Of a stretch of DNA of 64,000 nucleotides, positions 38,296 through 49,466 are shown piece after piece. Within the stretch, counting starts at the first letter, position 1; the number at the start of each line of letters is the position of its first letter. The notes under the pieces were generated by a model that worked only from the letters and a program-made list of their open reading frames with translations, was not told the DNA's origin and searched no databases. Both the position numbers and the translations under genes were made by a program. The stretch is from an uncultured delta proteobacterium (GTDB taxonomy: Bacteria > Desulfobacterota > Desulfobacteria > Desulfobacterales > Desulfosalsimonadaceae): contig CAWGYD010000006.1 in the NCBI GenBank assembly GCA_963826785.1, positions 1-64,000 on the forward strand. The letters are read 5' to 3'.

Positions 38296-41200
38296 CTTCC
38301 AAACTCCCCTTTGGCATCTATGATGCGCTGATCGACCGGAATCTGAGGGAAACCCTTGCGCAATATCCAGATCTGAGGGCAGTGCTGGGGAAAATTGATA
38401 CTGAGGAGCAACCGGCGCGGTATGCGGATTTCATTTCCAGAATCGTGGAGCAGGTCCTGCGCGAAGAATCCGACCCGGAAAAGCGGCTTGCGTTATGCAA
38501 CACGATTCTTGAGCACATATCAATAGATTTTGGCCATGAGGATGGAAAGAACCATCTGGTTTCCGGCAAAAAATCCCTGCTTTTGGAAATAATGCCGCCG
38601 CATTATGGTGCTGCGGGGCTTCCCCGCCCCCATACGCCTATATCAGAAAGCAGTCTCTTCACCGGATCACCGCGCGACCCCCAGCTTGTTCATGAACTGC
38701 AGGCTGAAATGCGCTCCGCCGACGCAGTAGACATTCTGGTTTCTTTTATCAAGTGGTCCGGCCTGCGCCTGTTGATGCCGGCTTTTGAAGACCTGAAGGA
38801 CCGGGATGTGCCGGTGCGGGTGATCACAACTTCGTACATGGGGGCATCCGATGCCCCAGCAATTGAATGGATAGCGGGCATGCCCAATGTGAACGTGCGG
38901 GTCTCCTATGATACAGAGAGAACCCGGCTTCACGCCAAAGCCTATCATTTCAAGCGCTTCTCTGGCTATTCTACCGCGTACATCGGTTCCGCAAACATGT
39001 CCCAGGCCGCCATGACGAGCGGCCTCGAGTGGAATCTGAAGGTTACCGAGCAGGACATGCTGCACATTCTTGAAAAGTTCGCGGCAGAATTCGAGACCTA
39101 TTGGAACAGCCGCGAGTTTGTCCCTTTTGATCCGTGTAATCCTGCTCCGCTGCGCAATGCGATCAGTCACGCCCGAAATCCGCAGGCACAGCAAATGGTA
39201 TTTTTCGACCTGCGGCCCCATCCCTTCCAGGAGCGGATCCTCGAAGCCCTGGAACGGGAGCGCAGCATTCGGCAAAACCATCGCAACCTGGTCATTGCAG
39301 CAACCGGCACGGGCAAAACCGTGATTGCCGCTTTCGATTACCATCACTTTTATGAACGCAAACAACGCCAGGCGCGATTGCTCTTTGTAGCCCATCGGCT
39401 GGAAATCCTGCAGCAGGCGCTGGGAACCTTTCGAAATGTCTTGCGGGACGCCAATTTCGGGGAACTGCTTGCCGGCACCCATTCGGCGGATCGGTACGAC
39501 CACCTGTTTTGTTCGGTGGGAATGCTTACCAACCGGCGCCTGTGGGAACAGGTAGGGCGAAACTTTTACGATTACATCGTCATCGATGAGGCGCATCATG
39601 GCACGGCAGCCAGCTACCGACCGATCTTCGAAAAATTCGATCCGGAAGTGCTGCTTGGTCTGACAGCCACCCCGGAGCGGATGGACGGCGGCAATGTGCT
39701 CGCGGATTTCGGCAACCGATTTGCCGCTGAAATCCGGCTGCCCGAAGCGCTGGAAGAAAAACTGCTCTGCCCGTTTCACTATTTCGGAGTGGCAGACCCG
39801 ATATCTCTGAAAGAAGACCGATTCTGGACGAACGGCAAGTATAACATCACAGAACTTGAAAATATCTATACCGGCGCCCACATGCTGGCCCGCCAGCGCC
39901 TCGACCTTATTCTCGACGCCCTCAAAAGATATGAGCCCGAGTGGGATCTGATTAAGGGAGTCGGCTTCTGCGTTTCCATTAATCATGCGAAATTCATGGC
40001 AGAGATGTTTACCCATCGTGGATTGGCATCGGCTGCATTCGTGTCCGGCATAAACGGAGACGACTGTGCCGCCCTCTTGAAAGATCTTAAATTCGGGCGA
40101 TTGAAGTTCCTGTTTACGGTGGATAAATTCAGCGAAGGCATCGACCTGCCGGCAATCAATGTTGTCCTGTTTTTGCGGCCGACCGAAAGCCTCACCGTAT
40201 TTCTCCAGCAGCTGGGTCGCGGGCTCCGGTTTGCACCGGGAAAAGACTGCCTCACGGTCCTCGACTTTGTTGGCCAGGCCCACCGGAAATACCGCATCGA
40301 TACCAAGCTAAAGGCGCTGCTGCCCAAACACCGCTTTTCCATCGACCGGGAGGTCGAAATGGATTTCCCCCATCTGCCCGCGGGATGCGCCATCCAGTTC
40401 GACCGGCTCTCCCGGCGGCACGTGCTTGAAAATATCCGGGAAAACCTGCGAAATCTGGCGCTGCAGGTACCCGAACGCATCCAGACATTTGAAAATGAAG
40501 CCCACCAGGAACTGACCTTCGGCAATTTTATCCGGCACCACGATTACGAACCCGAGCGACTCCTGGTCAAAGAAACATGGACCGGCTGGAAGGCAAAGGC
40601 GCAGCTAACTGCCCCGCCAAAAGACCCGGACCTGCAAAGGCTGAAAAAGGCCCTCGTCCGGTTCGCCTTCATTAACGGGCCACAGGAAATCGCGCTGCTG
40701 CAGCAAATTATCTCGCGGATACGGCAGGGGGCCATTGCCGATGCCATGGCCCTTGCCGGAGATACTGGAATTTTGGTGCACTTCCGGATCTGGGCGGACA
40801 AGGGGGAAAATTTGGGGATGACTTCACTTGCAGATTCCTTCCGGCGTCTTTCCCGAAATTCGTCGATCCTTGATGACATGGAAGAAATCCTGGCATGGGC
40901 GGAATCAGGAACGCCGGTGAGCGGATTGGTCCCCGATCTGCCGTTTTCGTGCCCGCTTGAGCTGCACGCGCAGTATGGATATACCGACATTCAGGCTGTG
41001 CTGGGGATGGCCAACCTTGACACGGCAGGGCAACGGGGCGTCGGAATTGTGCATCTCTCTGATCTCAAGGCCTATGCCCTCATGATCACTTTCCAGAAAA
41101 CCGAGCGGGAGTTTTCGCCCTCCACCATGTACGCCGACTACCCCATCAGCCGCGAACTCCTGCACTGGGAATCCCAGTCAAACACCACCCAGACATCCCC

Positions 41201-41417
41201 GACCGGGCAAAATTTGATTTACCATGACGAGCGAGGGTACACCATCCTTCTCTTTGCCCGCGGACAGAAAAACCAGAACGGCTGTACCGTCCCCTTCACC
41301 TATCTCGGCCCGGCCGACCGAGTGAGTTTTGAAAGCGAACGCCCCATCAAGATGATTTGGCGTTTACAATATTCGATGCCAGTGGAAATGTTTGAAGAGA
41401 ACCGAAAAGGAGGGTAG
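38292..41417 (+). CDS. PLD nuclease-SF2 helicase-DUF3427 protein (SauUSI-like type IV restriction enzyme candidate)
   Basis: LHAKAY...YIGSANMS...EWN (PLD); ATGTGKT, DEAHH, LTATPER, QQLGRGLR (helicase); C-terminal YADYPISRELLHWESQS. Confidence 0.85.
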   Translation: MTSKLPFGIYDALIDRNLRETLAQYPDLRAVLGKIDTEEQPARYADFISRIVEQVLREESDPEKRLALCNTILEHISIDFGHEDGKNHLVSGKKSLLLEIMPPHYGAAGLPRPHTPISESSLFTGSPRDPQLVHELQAEMRSADAVDILVSFIKWSGLRLLMPAFEDLKDRDVPVRVITTSYMGASDAPAIEWIAGMPNVNVRVSYDTERTRLHAKAYHFKRFSGYSTAYIGSANMSQAAMTSGLEWNLKVTEQDMLHILEKFAAEFETYWNSREFVPFDPCNPAPLRNAISHARNPQAQQMVFFDLRPHPFQERILEALERERSIRQNHRNLVIAATGTGKTVIAAFDYHHFYERKQRQARLLFVAHRLEILQQALGTFRNVLRDANFGELLAGTHSADRYDHLFCSVGMLTNRRLWEQVGRNFYDYIVIDEAHHGTAASYRPIFEKFDPEVLLGLTATPERMDGGNVLADFGNRFAAEIRLPEALEEKLLCPFHYFGVADPISLKEDRFWTNGKYNITELENIYTGAHMLARQRLDLILDALKRYEPEWDLIKGVGFCVSINHAKFMAEMFTHRGLASAAFVSGINGDDCAALLKDLKFGRLKFLFTVDKFSEGIDLPAINVVLFLRPTESLTVFLQQLGRGLRFAPGKDCLTVLDFVGQAHRKYRIDTKLKALLPKHRFSIDREVEMDFPHLPAGCAIQFDRLSRRHVLENIRENLRNLALQVPERIQTFENEAHQELTFGNFIRHHDYEPERLLVKETWTGWKAKAQLTAPPKDPDLQRLKKALVRFAFINGPQEIALLQQIISRIRQGAIADAMALAGDTGILVHFRIWADKGENLGMTSLADSFRRLSRNSSILDDMEEILAWAESGTPVSGLVPDLPFSCPLELHAQYGYTDIQAVLGMANLDTAGQRGVGIVHLSDLKAYALMITFQKTEREFSPSTMYADYPISRELLHWESQSNTTQTSPTGQNLIYHDERGYTILLFARGQKNQNGCTVPFTYLGPADRVSFESERPIKMIWRLQYSMPVEMFEENRKGG

Positions 41418-41434
41418 ATATTTCGGAGTCAGAC

Positions 41435-43325
41435 ATGAAAATTCTTAAATTAACGGTTTGGTCGCTGATCGGGCTGTCGGTTTTCGCTGTGGCAGTGTAT
41501 CTCCTGCTGCCCCGGGGGCCGAGAGATCCCATGGCGTTTGATGATCCGCACCAGGTGCCGCGGGCGTCTGTTTCGGCCAAAAAGTATATGGCGGCGACCG
41601 GCACCCCCTGGGCCACGCGGGCCGCGATTGACATCCTGGACGAGGGCGGCAACGCGTTCGATGCCGGCATGGCGGCCCTGCTGGCGCTGAATGTGACGTA
41701 CCCGGAGGCGGCCAGCTTCCCTTCGATTGCGCCGACCCTCATCTATGATGCAGAGACGGACGAGATCTGGAGCTACTGCGGGGTGGGAACGGCGCCGGCA
41801 AAGGCGACCATCGATTACTTCACCGCCAAAGGGTACGAGACCATCCCCGAGATGGGCATCCTTGCGCAGCTGATCCCTTCCTCTCCGGACGCCATTATCG
41901 CTGTTTTAGACAAGTACGGGACCATGAGCTTTACAGAGATCAGCGCAGAAGCGGTTCGGCTGGCAAAAGAAGGTTTTCCGCTCCATGAGATGACGGTCGA
42001 GCACCTGGATCTCAACATCATCGAGCGCATCTGGTATTCTTATGCGATGCCCTACAATTCCGAAGTCTACCTGAAGGGCCAATGGTGGCGGCCATTATAC
42101 CACAAGGACCGCTTCCGCCAGCCCGACCTGGCCCGGACGCTCAAGGCCATGGCCGATGCGGAGCAGAAGGTGCTCACGGCCGGGGGAAGCCGCTCCGATG
42201 GGCTGAAGGCGGTGCGCGATTACTTCTACCGGGGGCCGGTGGCCGACGCCATCGTGAAACTGCATGAAGAGCAAGACGGATTGATCACGCGCAAGGACCT
42301 GGCCGATTACACGGGTTACTGGGAGCAGCCGCTTGCGGGCCGGTTCGGCGACTACACGATTTATGCGAATCGCACCTGGTGCCAGGGCGCGGTGGTCCCC
42401 ATGGCCCTGCAGATCCTGGAGGGGTGCGATGTGGGATCGATGGACCGGGAGTCTCCCGAATATATTCACACGGTGATCCAGGCCTTAGAGCTGGCCATGG
42501 CCGACCGGGAGGCATTTTTCGGCGATCCCGAATTTGTGGATGTTCCGGTCAAAGGGCTTCTCGAGCAGGGAATACGCGGACCTGCGGCGCAGGGCCATGA
42601 CGCCGGGCCGGGCATTCGGGAAGATGCCGCCGCCCGGCGACCCCTCGACATTTGATGTGGATGGAACTCCGGCGGTGGCTGATCCCGGGGGGCGGCCCGA
42701 TGCGCGGCCCGGCCGGCAGCATGCATACAGACCCATGGGGGAAATCGACACCAGCTACCTGGCGGTGACCGATCAATACGGGAATTCCATATCGCTTACG
42801 CCCAGCGACTTTCCCCTGTCGCCCATGGTGCCGGGAACGGGCCTGTGCCTGGGCATACGGATGACGCAGTTCCGGCTCGATCCCGCTCATCCGGCCGCCC
42901 TGGCGCCGGGGAAGCGGCCGCGGGTCACGCCCAACGCCAGCATGGTCACCAGGGACGGCCATCTCTTCATGACCTTCGGGACCCCCGAGGGGGACCAGCA
43001 GCCCCAGGCCCTGGTCCAGGTCTTTCTCAACCGGGTGGTTTTCGGCATGGACATCCAGGACGCCATCGACGCGCCGCGGTTCCGTTCGCACAATTTCCCG
43101 GATTCCTTTTCGCCCCACGAATACACGCCGGGGGTGGTCGAGCTGGAACAGGGGCTCTATGACAAGGTCGGCAGGGCGCTGGAACAGATGGGGTACACCG
43201 TCAAGGTGGTTGAGGACTGGCACTATGAAATGGGCGCCGTCTGCGCGATCATCCGGGACCCGGAGACGGGCCAACTCATCGGCGGCGCTGATCCGCGGCA
43301 GGAGAACTGGGCAGAGGGGCGTTAA
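41435..43325 (+). CDS. Gamma-glutamyltransferase family protein with an N-terminal membrane anchor, frameshift near 42563
   Basis: GGNAFDA, LAMADRE...GDP, DTSYLAV (Thr nucleophile), PGKRPR, GTPEGD and GGADPR. Confidence 0.88.
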
Positions 43326-43485
43326 ACTTTTAAAATTTCCTGAGTGATCCGGATTATTTCGGCAGGAATTAATGTGAGATGGAAATTTCGATATCTTCGA
43401 CAGGCCAGGCTGCATATCGAGGTGAATTTAATTTAATAAATCCTGATTCTATTGTCGCCATTTCCACTATTTCGTTAACCAGCTA

Positions 43486-43860
43486 TCAGTTACCTGCCAG
43501 ATCTTCGATGATACTTCTTTTGTTCGCTTGGACCTTCATATGCCTTTCGCATACAATAAAAATGGCCTCTTCATTAATGTCAAAATAGTGATGACTGATG
43601 ATGTCGCGTAAGGCCTTGGCCTTTGTCCAATCAACTTCAGGATAGTTTGGCAATAGCCTTTTGTCAGTTACCTTGTCGAGGTTTTTCAGCCCCTCTCCGA
43701 TGGCAATCAGTTGCATGCAAATGGCATCCAATTTTACCAGACCGGCTTCGGATCCGGTGAAATCATCCGGAGATTGGATCGATTCAAAGCGGCGCAAAAC
43801 GGTCTTTGATGATTCAAGGATTTGCGATAATATCTCAATCGCCAATTCCCGATCATACAT
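43486..43860 (-). CDS. HepT-like (DUF86) RNase toxin
   Basis: RDIISHHY matches RX4HXY. Confidence 0.88.
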   Translation of the reverse strand: MYDRELAIEILSQILESSKTVLRRFESIQSPDDFTGSEAGLVKLDAICMQLIAIGEGLKNLDKVTDKRLLPNYPEVDWTKAKALRDIISHHYFDINEEAIFIVCERHMKVQANKRSIIEDLAGN

Positions 43861-44143
43861 AGACCGCCTCTTGGTCGATTTTTCTACGAAGGAAAGGGTT
43901 CATTTTGCTTCTATAGCTGACAATATCCACATGGCGGTTAAGCCTGTATTCGAGCTCTTGTTTAATCCCAATCAAATTGAATAAGTCCTGGTCATCAAGG
44001 ACGACAACAACATCCACATCACTTTCGCGATCCATCCTGTTTCTGGCACAAGAGCCGAAAATACCAATTTTTCGGATGTAATACTTCTCTTTTGCCTGAT
44101 CGTAAAATTCATTGATTACGGCGAGAACATCCTGTTTGTTCAT
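43853..44143 (-). CDS. MNT antitoxin
   Basis: GIFGSCARNRMDRESDVDVVV. Confidence 0.88.
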   Translation of the reverse strand: MNKQDVLAVINEFYDQAKEKYYIRKIGIFGSCARNRMDRESDVDVVVVLDDQDLFNLIGIKQELEYRLNRHVDIVSYRSKMNPFLRRKIDQEAVYV

Positions 44144-44354
44144 GGCTCGAAGTCCCACACACAAATAAAGTCCAAAATTAAAAGCTTTGTCGGTTTGGGA
44201 GTAATTTATCGTTATTTCTATAAATTGTCAACTGCCGGGCATGGTCAGCTCGTGAACGTCACGCCAGGATAAACCATGGGCTTTTAGCTGGTTTCCTCCA
44301 GGGGCCGAGGCGATGAGCCATTTTTCTGCATAATTTGTAAATTGAAGTTACAAA

Positions 44355-44759
44355 TTATCCGTGAACGCTTGCTGGCGCAATGCGTCAGTTTCTGTTTTGA
44401 AACCGTTTTTTCGCCCCCTTCGAAGATCGATTTCATTGCAGCGGCCAAAGGACTGGGGTATACGGTGGTTCTCGTCTGCATCCACCTGAACACCCCCGGC
44501 CTGAACGAGGCCCGCGTTTCTCAGCGGGTTTCCGAGGAAGGGCACAGCGTCCCCATCGAAAAAATCCACACCCGCCTTCCCCGCACCCTGAAGCGCATTT
44601 CAACCGCTCTTCCGCTGGCCGATGATGCCAGGCTCCTGAACAACTCCTTCCGGGATGATCCTTTCCGGCTGGTGGCCATCGTGAAGAAAGGCAGGCGCAA
44701 ATGGACTTGCGACCGTCCTGCCGGATTGGGCCGGGCAGATAATGGAAGGCATTCCATGA
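44355..44759 (+). pseudogene. C-terminal remnant of a zeta-toxin-like P-loop ATPase
   Basis: SFCFETVFS...AKGLGY...RVSQRVSEEGHSVP...LPDWA; no Walker A segment and no credible start. Confidence 0.7.
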
Positions 44760-44883
44760 TGGGGCGGGTTTTGCCTTTTCAGGGACTGGAGATTTCCCCC
44801 AGGAATTTTAAAAAGTTCCATTGAAAAAAGGAGAAAAGGTATATACGTTTGATTATTAAATTAATTTTAGAGAGGGCCAACCA

Positions 44884-45093
44884 ATGACACGAGAATTTAA
44901 TGTTGTAATTGAAAAAGATGAAGATGGATATTTCATCGCTTCAGTTCCTGCGCTTCGAGGATGCCACACGCAGGCAAAATCACTGGATGTTCTGATGAAA
45001 AGGATTAAAGAAGCCATTGAACTGTGTGTCGAAGTTGAGGAACCTGTTTTAAATGAGTTTGTCGGTGTTCAGCGGGTAGCGATCAGCGCATGA
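44884..45093 (+). CDS. hicB: HicB-family antitoxin (short form)
   Basis: FNVVIEKDEDGYFIASVPALRGCHTQAKSLD...IKEAIEL. Confidence 0.9.
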   Translation: MTREFNVVIEKDEDGYFIASVPALRGCHTQAKSLDVLMKRIKEAIELCVEVEEPVLNEFVGVQRVAISA

Positions 45094-45314
45094 CATCATT
45101 TCCATCTATTAAAGGAACTGCTTTAATCAAGGCCATTCAAAAAGCAGGATTTGAAGTAATCCGCACCAAAGGGAGTCATCGTTTTCTTAAACACCCGGAC
45201 GGGCGTTGTACTGTCGTTCCAGTTCATCGGGGTGAGCCTATCGGAAGAGGGCTCCTTGCCCAGATTCTTCGAGATTGCGAGATTTCAAGAAAAGATCTCC
45301 AAGATTTGCTTTAA
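45090..45314 (+). CDS. hicA: HicA-family toxin
   Basis: GFEVIRTKGSHRFLKHPDGRCTVVPVH. Confidence 0.9.
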   Translation: MTSFPSIKGTALIKAIQKAGFEVIRTKGSHRFLKHPDGRCTVVPVHRGEPIGRGLLAQILRDCEISRKDLQDLL

Positions 45315-45355
45315 GCTAAATCGATCTACTCGACTCCAAAGACTGTCCGACCGTC

Positions 45356-46465
45356 TCAGGCTTTCTTGTATAGACCCCTTTCCGGGGTGACGATCCTGCC
45401 CGATTTTCTCAGTTGAAAGATGATGTTGCGGAGCCGGGTTTCCGCAATCCCGGTTTTTTTCAGCAAGGCCGGGAAGCCGATCCCTTTGCGGCTTTTGCCG
45501 ATCACCGCTTCCACCCGGCCGCTGTCGCCGGCAAACGATAAAACCTGTTTTACTGCATCTGTTTTTGCGCCGGACGCTTCGGCGGTTTTAGGCGTTTTTT
45601 TCCTTCCTGCTTCCCGGGCCTGCTTTTTTCTTCCGGCAGGCTTTGCCCTTTCAGGGGGCTGCACTTCCCCTTTTTTCACCGTCTTCTTTCGGCGCGGTTT
45701 TTCCGGTGTGGCTGCCGCTTTCCCATAGGGCGCAACCGGTTCGTCCAGTTCGATGCCGAAGATATCGGAAAGATTTCCCTCGTTGATGACCCGGGCGCTT
45801 TTCCGGCCGGCCTTTCCCAGCAGCTGGCGGGTTTTGTCTTCGACGGCATGGGAGATCAATTCGTTTACATCCGCGTTTCGCAGGGTGAAAAAGAGCATGG
45901 GGTCATGGTCCAGGCGCGCGCCGATGCCATAGAGGGCGGCGGCCACGTGCTTGCACATGGAGGCCCAGTCCGGGCAGGAGCAGGAAAATTTAATCTCATT
46001 GGGCGTGGGGAACAGCCCTTTGCCGCTGGCCATGAAGATTTCGCCCAAAGACTTTGGGAATTTGCCTTCCAGAAGCTCCGGCAGGGAGCCGAAGGTCCCC
46101 TGGCAGGCATTTTTGATCTGCCGCCAGTTTGCTATTTTAATGGGCTCGATCTGCACGGAAACTGAATAGGGCTTTGCCCGGGTCCCCTGGACCAGGGCGG
46201 TGACTGCACCGGAGGCGATCTGAAGGTCGAGCACCATGCCGTTGCACACATAGCTGCGGCCCCGCCCGATGCGGTTGCTGTAGTCGGCGTACCGTTCCAG
46301 GTTGGTGTTCCAGGACTTGCCCCACCAGGTCCGGGCGATGGTGCGCCCCTCCACCACCACGGGGGCGATGTTCGGGTTCTTTTTCATGAGCTGTTCCAGC
46401 TTTTTTGCCGCCTTGGCCTTTTTCTCCGCCACGCTCACGTAGGGCGGATATTCCCAGTACGCCAT
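45356..46465 (-). CDS. SWIM zinc-finger protein with a Lys-rich linker and putative C-terminal wHTH
   Basis: CSCPDWASMCKHVAA; NRIGRGRSY. Confidence 0.88.
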   Translation of the reverse strand: MAYWEYPPYVSVAEKKAKAAKKLEQLMKKNPNIAPVVVEGRTIARTWWGKSWNTNLERYADYSNRIGRGRSYVCNGMVLDLQIASGAVTALVQGTRAKPYSVSVQIEPIKIANWRQIKNACQGTFGSLPELLEGKFPKSLGEIFMASGKGLFPTPNEIKFSCSCPDWASMCKHVAAALYGIGARLDHDPMLFFTLRNADVNELISHAVEDKTRQLLGKAGRKSARVINEGNLSDIFGIELDEPVAPYGKAAATPEKPRRKKTVKKGEVQPPERAKPAGRKKQAREAGRKKTPKTAEASGAKTDAVKQVLSFAGDSGRVEAVIGKSRKGIGFPALLKKTGIAETRLRNIIFQLRKSGRIVTPERGLYKKA

Positions 46466-46542
46466 TTCACCCTCGATTGTTAAAGTTTAAAGAAATCTGC
46501 TTATCCATGAAACTCCAGCAGCATTTTTGTTCTTTTATTTTC

Positions 46543-46642
46543 TTCCCCCCTTTCTTCAAAAGGGGGGCCGGGGGGGATTTAAATTTCGGCGCGTCAACAT
46601 CTCTTGAAATCCCCCTAAATCCCCCTTTTTCAAAGGGGGACT
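46543..46642. repeat. REP-like type B doublet (arms in the opposite arrangement to 20388)
   Basis: CCCCCTTTCTTCAAAAGGGGGGCCGGGGGGGATTT ... AAATCCCCCTAAATCCCCCTTTTTCAAAGGGGGA. Confidence 0.8.
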
Positions 46643-46793
46643 TTTGTGCCCGGTTCTCGACTTAAAGAGAGTTCATTTACTTGTTATCCGGATAACCAAG
46701 TTGATAATGTAAAGGGACCATGGCCGAAAAACAATTGAGAACTATCAATTACCAGTTGTAAATTATCAATTAGCAAATCAGACCCACAGCCGA

Positions 46794-49466
46794 TCATAGT
46801 GTCAGCCGGAACATGTCCATCAACTCGTCGGTCTTCATTTCGGTGATCCAGCTCTCGCCCGTGGCGGCCACCACCTCCCGGGTGAGTTTCTGCTTTTCTC
46901 CAAGCATCCGGTCGATCTTTTCCTCGACGGTTCCCCGGGTCAGGAATTTGTGCACCATCACGTTCTTCTTTTGCCCGATCCGGAAGGCCCGGTCCGTGGC
47001 CTGGTCCTCCACCGCCGGGTTCCACCAGCGGTCGAAATGGATCACATGGTTGGCCGCCGTCAGGTTCAGTCCTACGCCGCCGGCCTTGAGGGAAAGGACC
47101 ATGAACGGCACGTATTTTTCATTCTGAAAAGTTTCGATGAGCTTCTTTCGTTTCCCCACGGCAACGCTGCCGTGAAGGATAAGCCCTTCCCGCTGGAACA
47201 CGCCCGCGAGAAATTCACTCAACGGCTGGGTCATTTCCTTGAACTGGGTGAACACCAGGACTTTTTCGCGCTTCTCGTAAATGGTCTCGCAGATCTCCTT
47301 GAGCCGGGCAAATTTGCCGCTGTCCGCTTCGTCAAATCCCCCGGTCCCCAGGTACTGGTCCGGGTGGTTGCAGATCTGCTTGAACTTCATCAACGAGGCC
47401 AGGATCAGCCCCTTTCGCGCAATCCCATCGGTTTCGTCGATGATCCGGGCGAGGTCGGCCACCAGCTGGCCGTACAGGACCACCTGCTTTTTGCTCAGGT
47501 CCGCATAGGTTTTCATCTCCACCTTGTCCGGCAGGTCGCTGATGACCGCCCGATCGGTTTTCATCCGCCGCAGGATATAGGGGGAGATGATTTTCCGGAG
47601 CCGGCCATAGCCGGACGCATCGGTGCCGATGTTTTTGGCAAATGCGCCAAACTCTTTGGAGGTCCCCAGGAGCCCGGGGTTTAAAAAGTCGAACAAGGAC
47701 CACAGATCGGAGAGCCGGTTTTCGATGGGGGTGCCGGTCATGACGATCCGGTTTTGGGCTGAAAGCTTCTTGACCGCCCGGGTCTGCCGGGTCCCCGGGT
47801 TCTTGATGGCCTGGGCCTCGTCCAGGATCACGTAATTCCAGGTGTGCGTTCGGAGCCAGTCATATTTCTGGGCCAGGGCATAGGTGGTGATCACCAGGTC
47901 GAGGATATCGGTGTCCTCGGGTGGTTGGGCTTTTTTTCCATTGGCGCGGTGTGCCGACGGGTGGGCCACGTAGAACTTGAGATCCGGGGCGAACCGCTCG
48001 ATCTCGGATGTCCAGTTGGGGATCAGGGATGCGGGGATGATCAGCAGGCTGGCGTTTTGCTGATTTTTCGGGTCGGTTTTGAGGGCGCTTAAAAAGCCGA
48101 GCAGCTGCACGGTTTTCCCCAGGCCCATGTCATCGGCCAGGCATGCGCCGAATTTCAGCGAATGGAGAAACCACAGCCAGTCCAGGCCCTTTTGCTGATA
48201 CGGCCTCAGTTTTGCGCAAAACCCCTCTCCGGGGTCGGCCGACGGGATATCCACGGGATCGATCAGCTTGGCCATGACCGATTTCAGCCACTGACCGTTT
48301 GAAAATTCTATTTCCTTCGCGTTCTTTTCATCCAGGAAATTCTCCGGGTTCAGTTGTAAACGCAGGGCGTCTCGCAGGGTAAACCCTTGGGCCATCAACG
48401 CTTTCGCCTTTTCATAGGCTTCAAGGGTCTGCTCGATTTTCTCCGGGTCCGCGGCCACCCACCGATTTTTGATAAACGCCAGGCCCTCGGATTCCTCGAG
48501 CAGTTTTCTGGCCTCGGCCTCGGTGATTTCCTGGCCGCCCAGGAGAAGCTTCGGACTGAAATTCAAAATGGCATTCATTCCCACAAACGAAGGCTGCTTA
48601 TCGCCGATGCTGATCGTAAGGCCCAGGCTGGAGGTCTTTGCCTTCCACCAGTTGGGAATCCGGCACAGGATTCCGGCCTCCTCATAGAGGGGGACTTCCT
48701 TCAAAAAAGTAAACGCCTCCCCGGCCGTCCAGCCCAGGGGGTGGAAGAGTTCACCGGAATCGAGGATCTGTGCAATCAGCGCGCTCTTTTCCGCGGCCCG
48801 GTGGACCGTGACCAGAAGCTCCAGTAGCTTTGCGCTCTGCTCCCCGTATTCCTGGAGGGCATGGCGAAGGGGAAGATGCCTGGATTTTCCCTCCGCGTCC
48901 AGCCGGGTGGAATAAGTGGCCAGAAACGCAAAGGGGTACTCGCCGTCCTTGTTTTCCACCAGGTGAAAATACACACGGCCGGCCACGTGCACATCCGGGC
49001 GGTAGGATCGGATGAACGCCTCCACCGTGCCGTCGAAGGACTCGACCGCTACGGCAAAAGCGTTCTCCAGCCGATCCCACACGGACTGCAGAACCCCGGG
49101 ATTGACGTACTCCGCCCCGGTCATCAGGGGCATGCGTTGCAGAAATTCGAAACGTTCCCCTTCTTCCAGGGGGATATGCGCCCGGTGCCGAAGCGTCTCG
49201 ATATCCGGGATGCGCCGCAGTTTTCGGACAAAGGCGCTCGCAAAATCCCTCAAATAATCAAGAGAAGGCGACAGCGTGATGCTTTTGTCGCAAAACCCGA
49301 TAAACAAAAGGCATTCATCCGGATCGGCCGTCCACCGGCCATGGATTTTTTCCTGTAGCTGCTGCGAACGGGGTGAGGCGGCTGCCTCGCCGGTGCCGTA
49401 TTCCAGGTTCAGCGAACCGTCGGGCATGATGACAAGATCAAGCTGTCGGTTTAATCTCTTTTCCAA
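46794..49466 (-). CDS. SNF2-family helicase/ATPase
   Basis: LADDMGLGKT, LDEAQAIKN, TGTPIEN, SLKAGGVGLNL and WWNPAVEDQATDRAFRIGQ; start uncertain. Confidence 0.93.
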   Translation of the reverse strand: MEKRLNRQLDLVIMPDGSLNLEYGTGEAAASPRSQQLQEKIHGRWTADPDECLLFIGFCDKSITLSPSLDYLRDFASAFVRKLRRIPDIETLRHRAHIPLEEGERFEFLQRMPLMTGAEYVNPGVLQSVWDRLENAFAVAVESFDGTVEAFIRSYRPDVHVAGRVYFHLVENKDGEYPFAFLATYSTRLDAEGKSRHLPLRHALQEYGEQSAKLLELLVTVHRAAEKSALIAQILDSGELFHPLGWTAGEAFTFLKEVPLYEEAGILCRIPNWWKAKTSSLGLTISIGDKQPSFVGMNAILNFSPKLLLGGQEITEAEARKLLEESEGLAFIKNRWVAADPEKIEQTLEAYEKAKALMAQGFTLRDALRLQLNPENFLDEKNAKEIEFSNGQWLKSVMAKLIDPVDIPSADPGEGFCAKLRPYQQKGLDWLWFLHSLKFGACLADDMGLGKTVQLLGFLSALKTDPKNQQNASLLIIPASLIPNWTSEIERFAPDLKFYVAHPSAHRANGKKAQPPEDTDILDLVITTYALAQKYDWLRTHTWNYVILDEAQAIKNPGTRQTRAVKKLSAQNRIVMTGTPIENRLSDLWSLFDFLNPGLLGTSKEFGAFAKNIGTDASGYGRLRKIISPYILRRMKTDRAVISDLPDKVEMKTYADLSKKQVVLYGQLVADLARIIDETDGIARKGLILASLMKFKQICNHPDQYLGTGGFDEADSGKFARLKEICETIYEKREKVLVFTQFKEMTQPLSEFLAGVFQREGLILHGSVAVGKRKKLIETFQNEKYVPFMVLSLKAGGVGLNLTAANHVIHFDRWWNPAVEDQATDRAFRIGQKKNVMVHKFLTRGTVEEKIDRMLGEKQKLTREVVAATGESWITEMKTDELMDMFRLTL

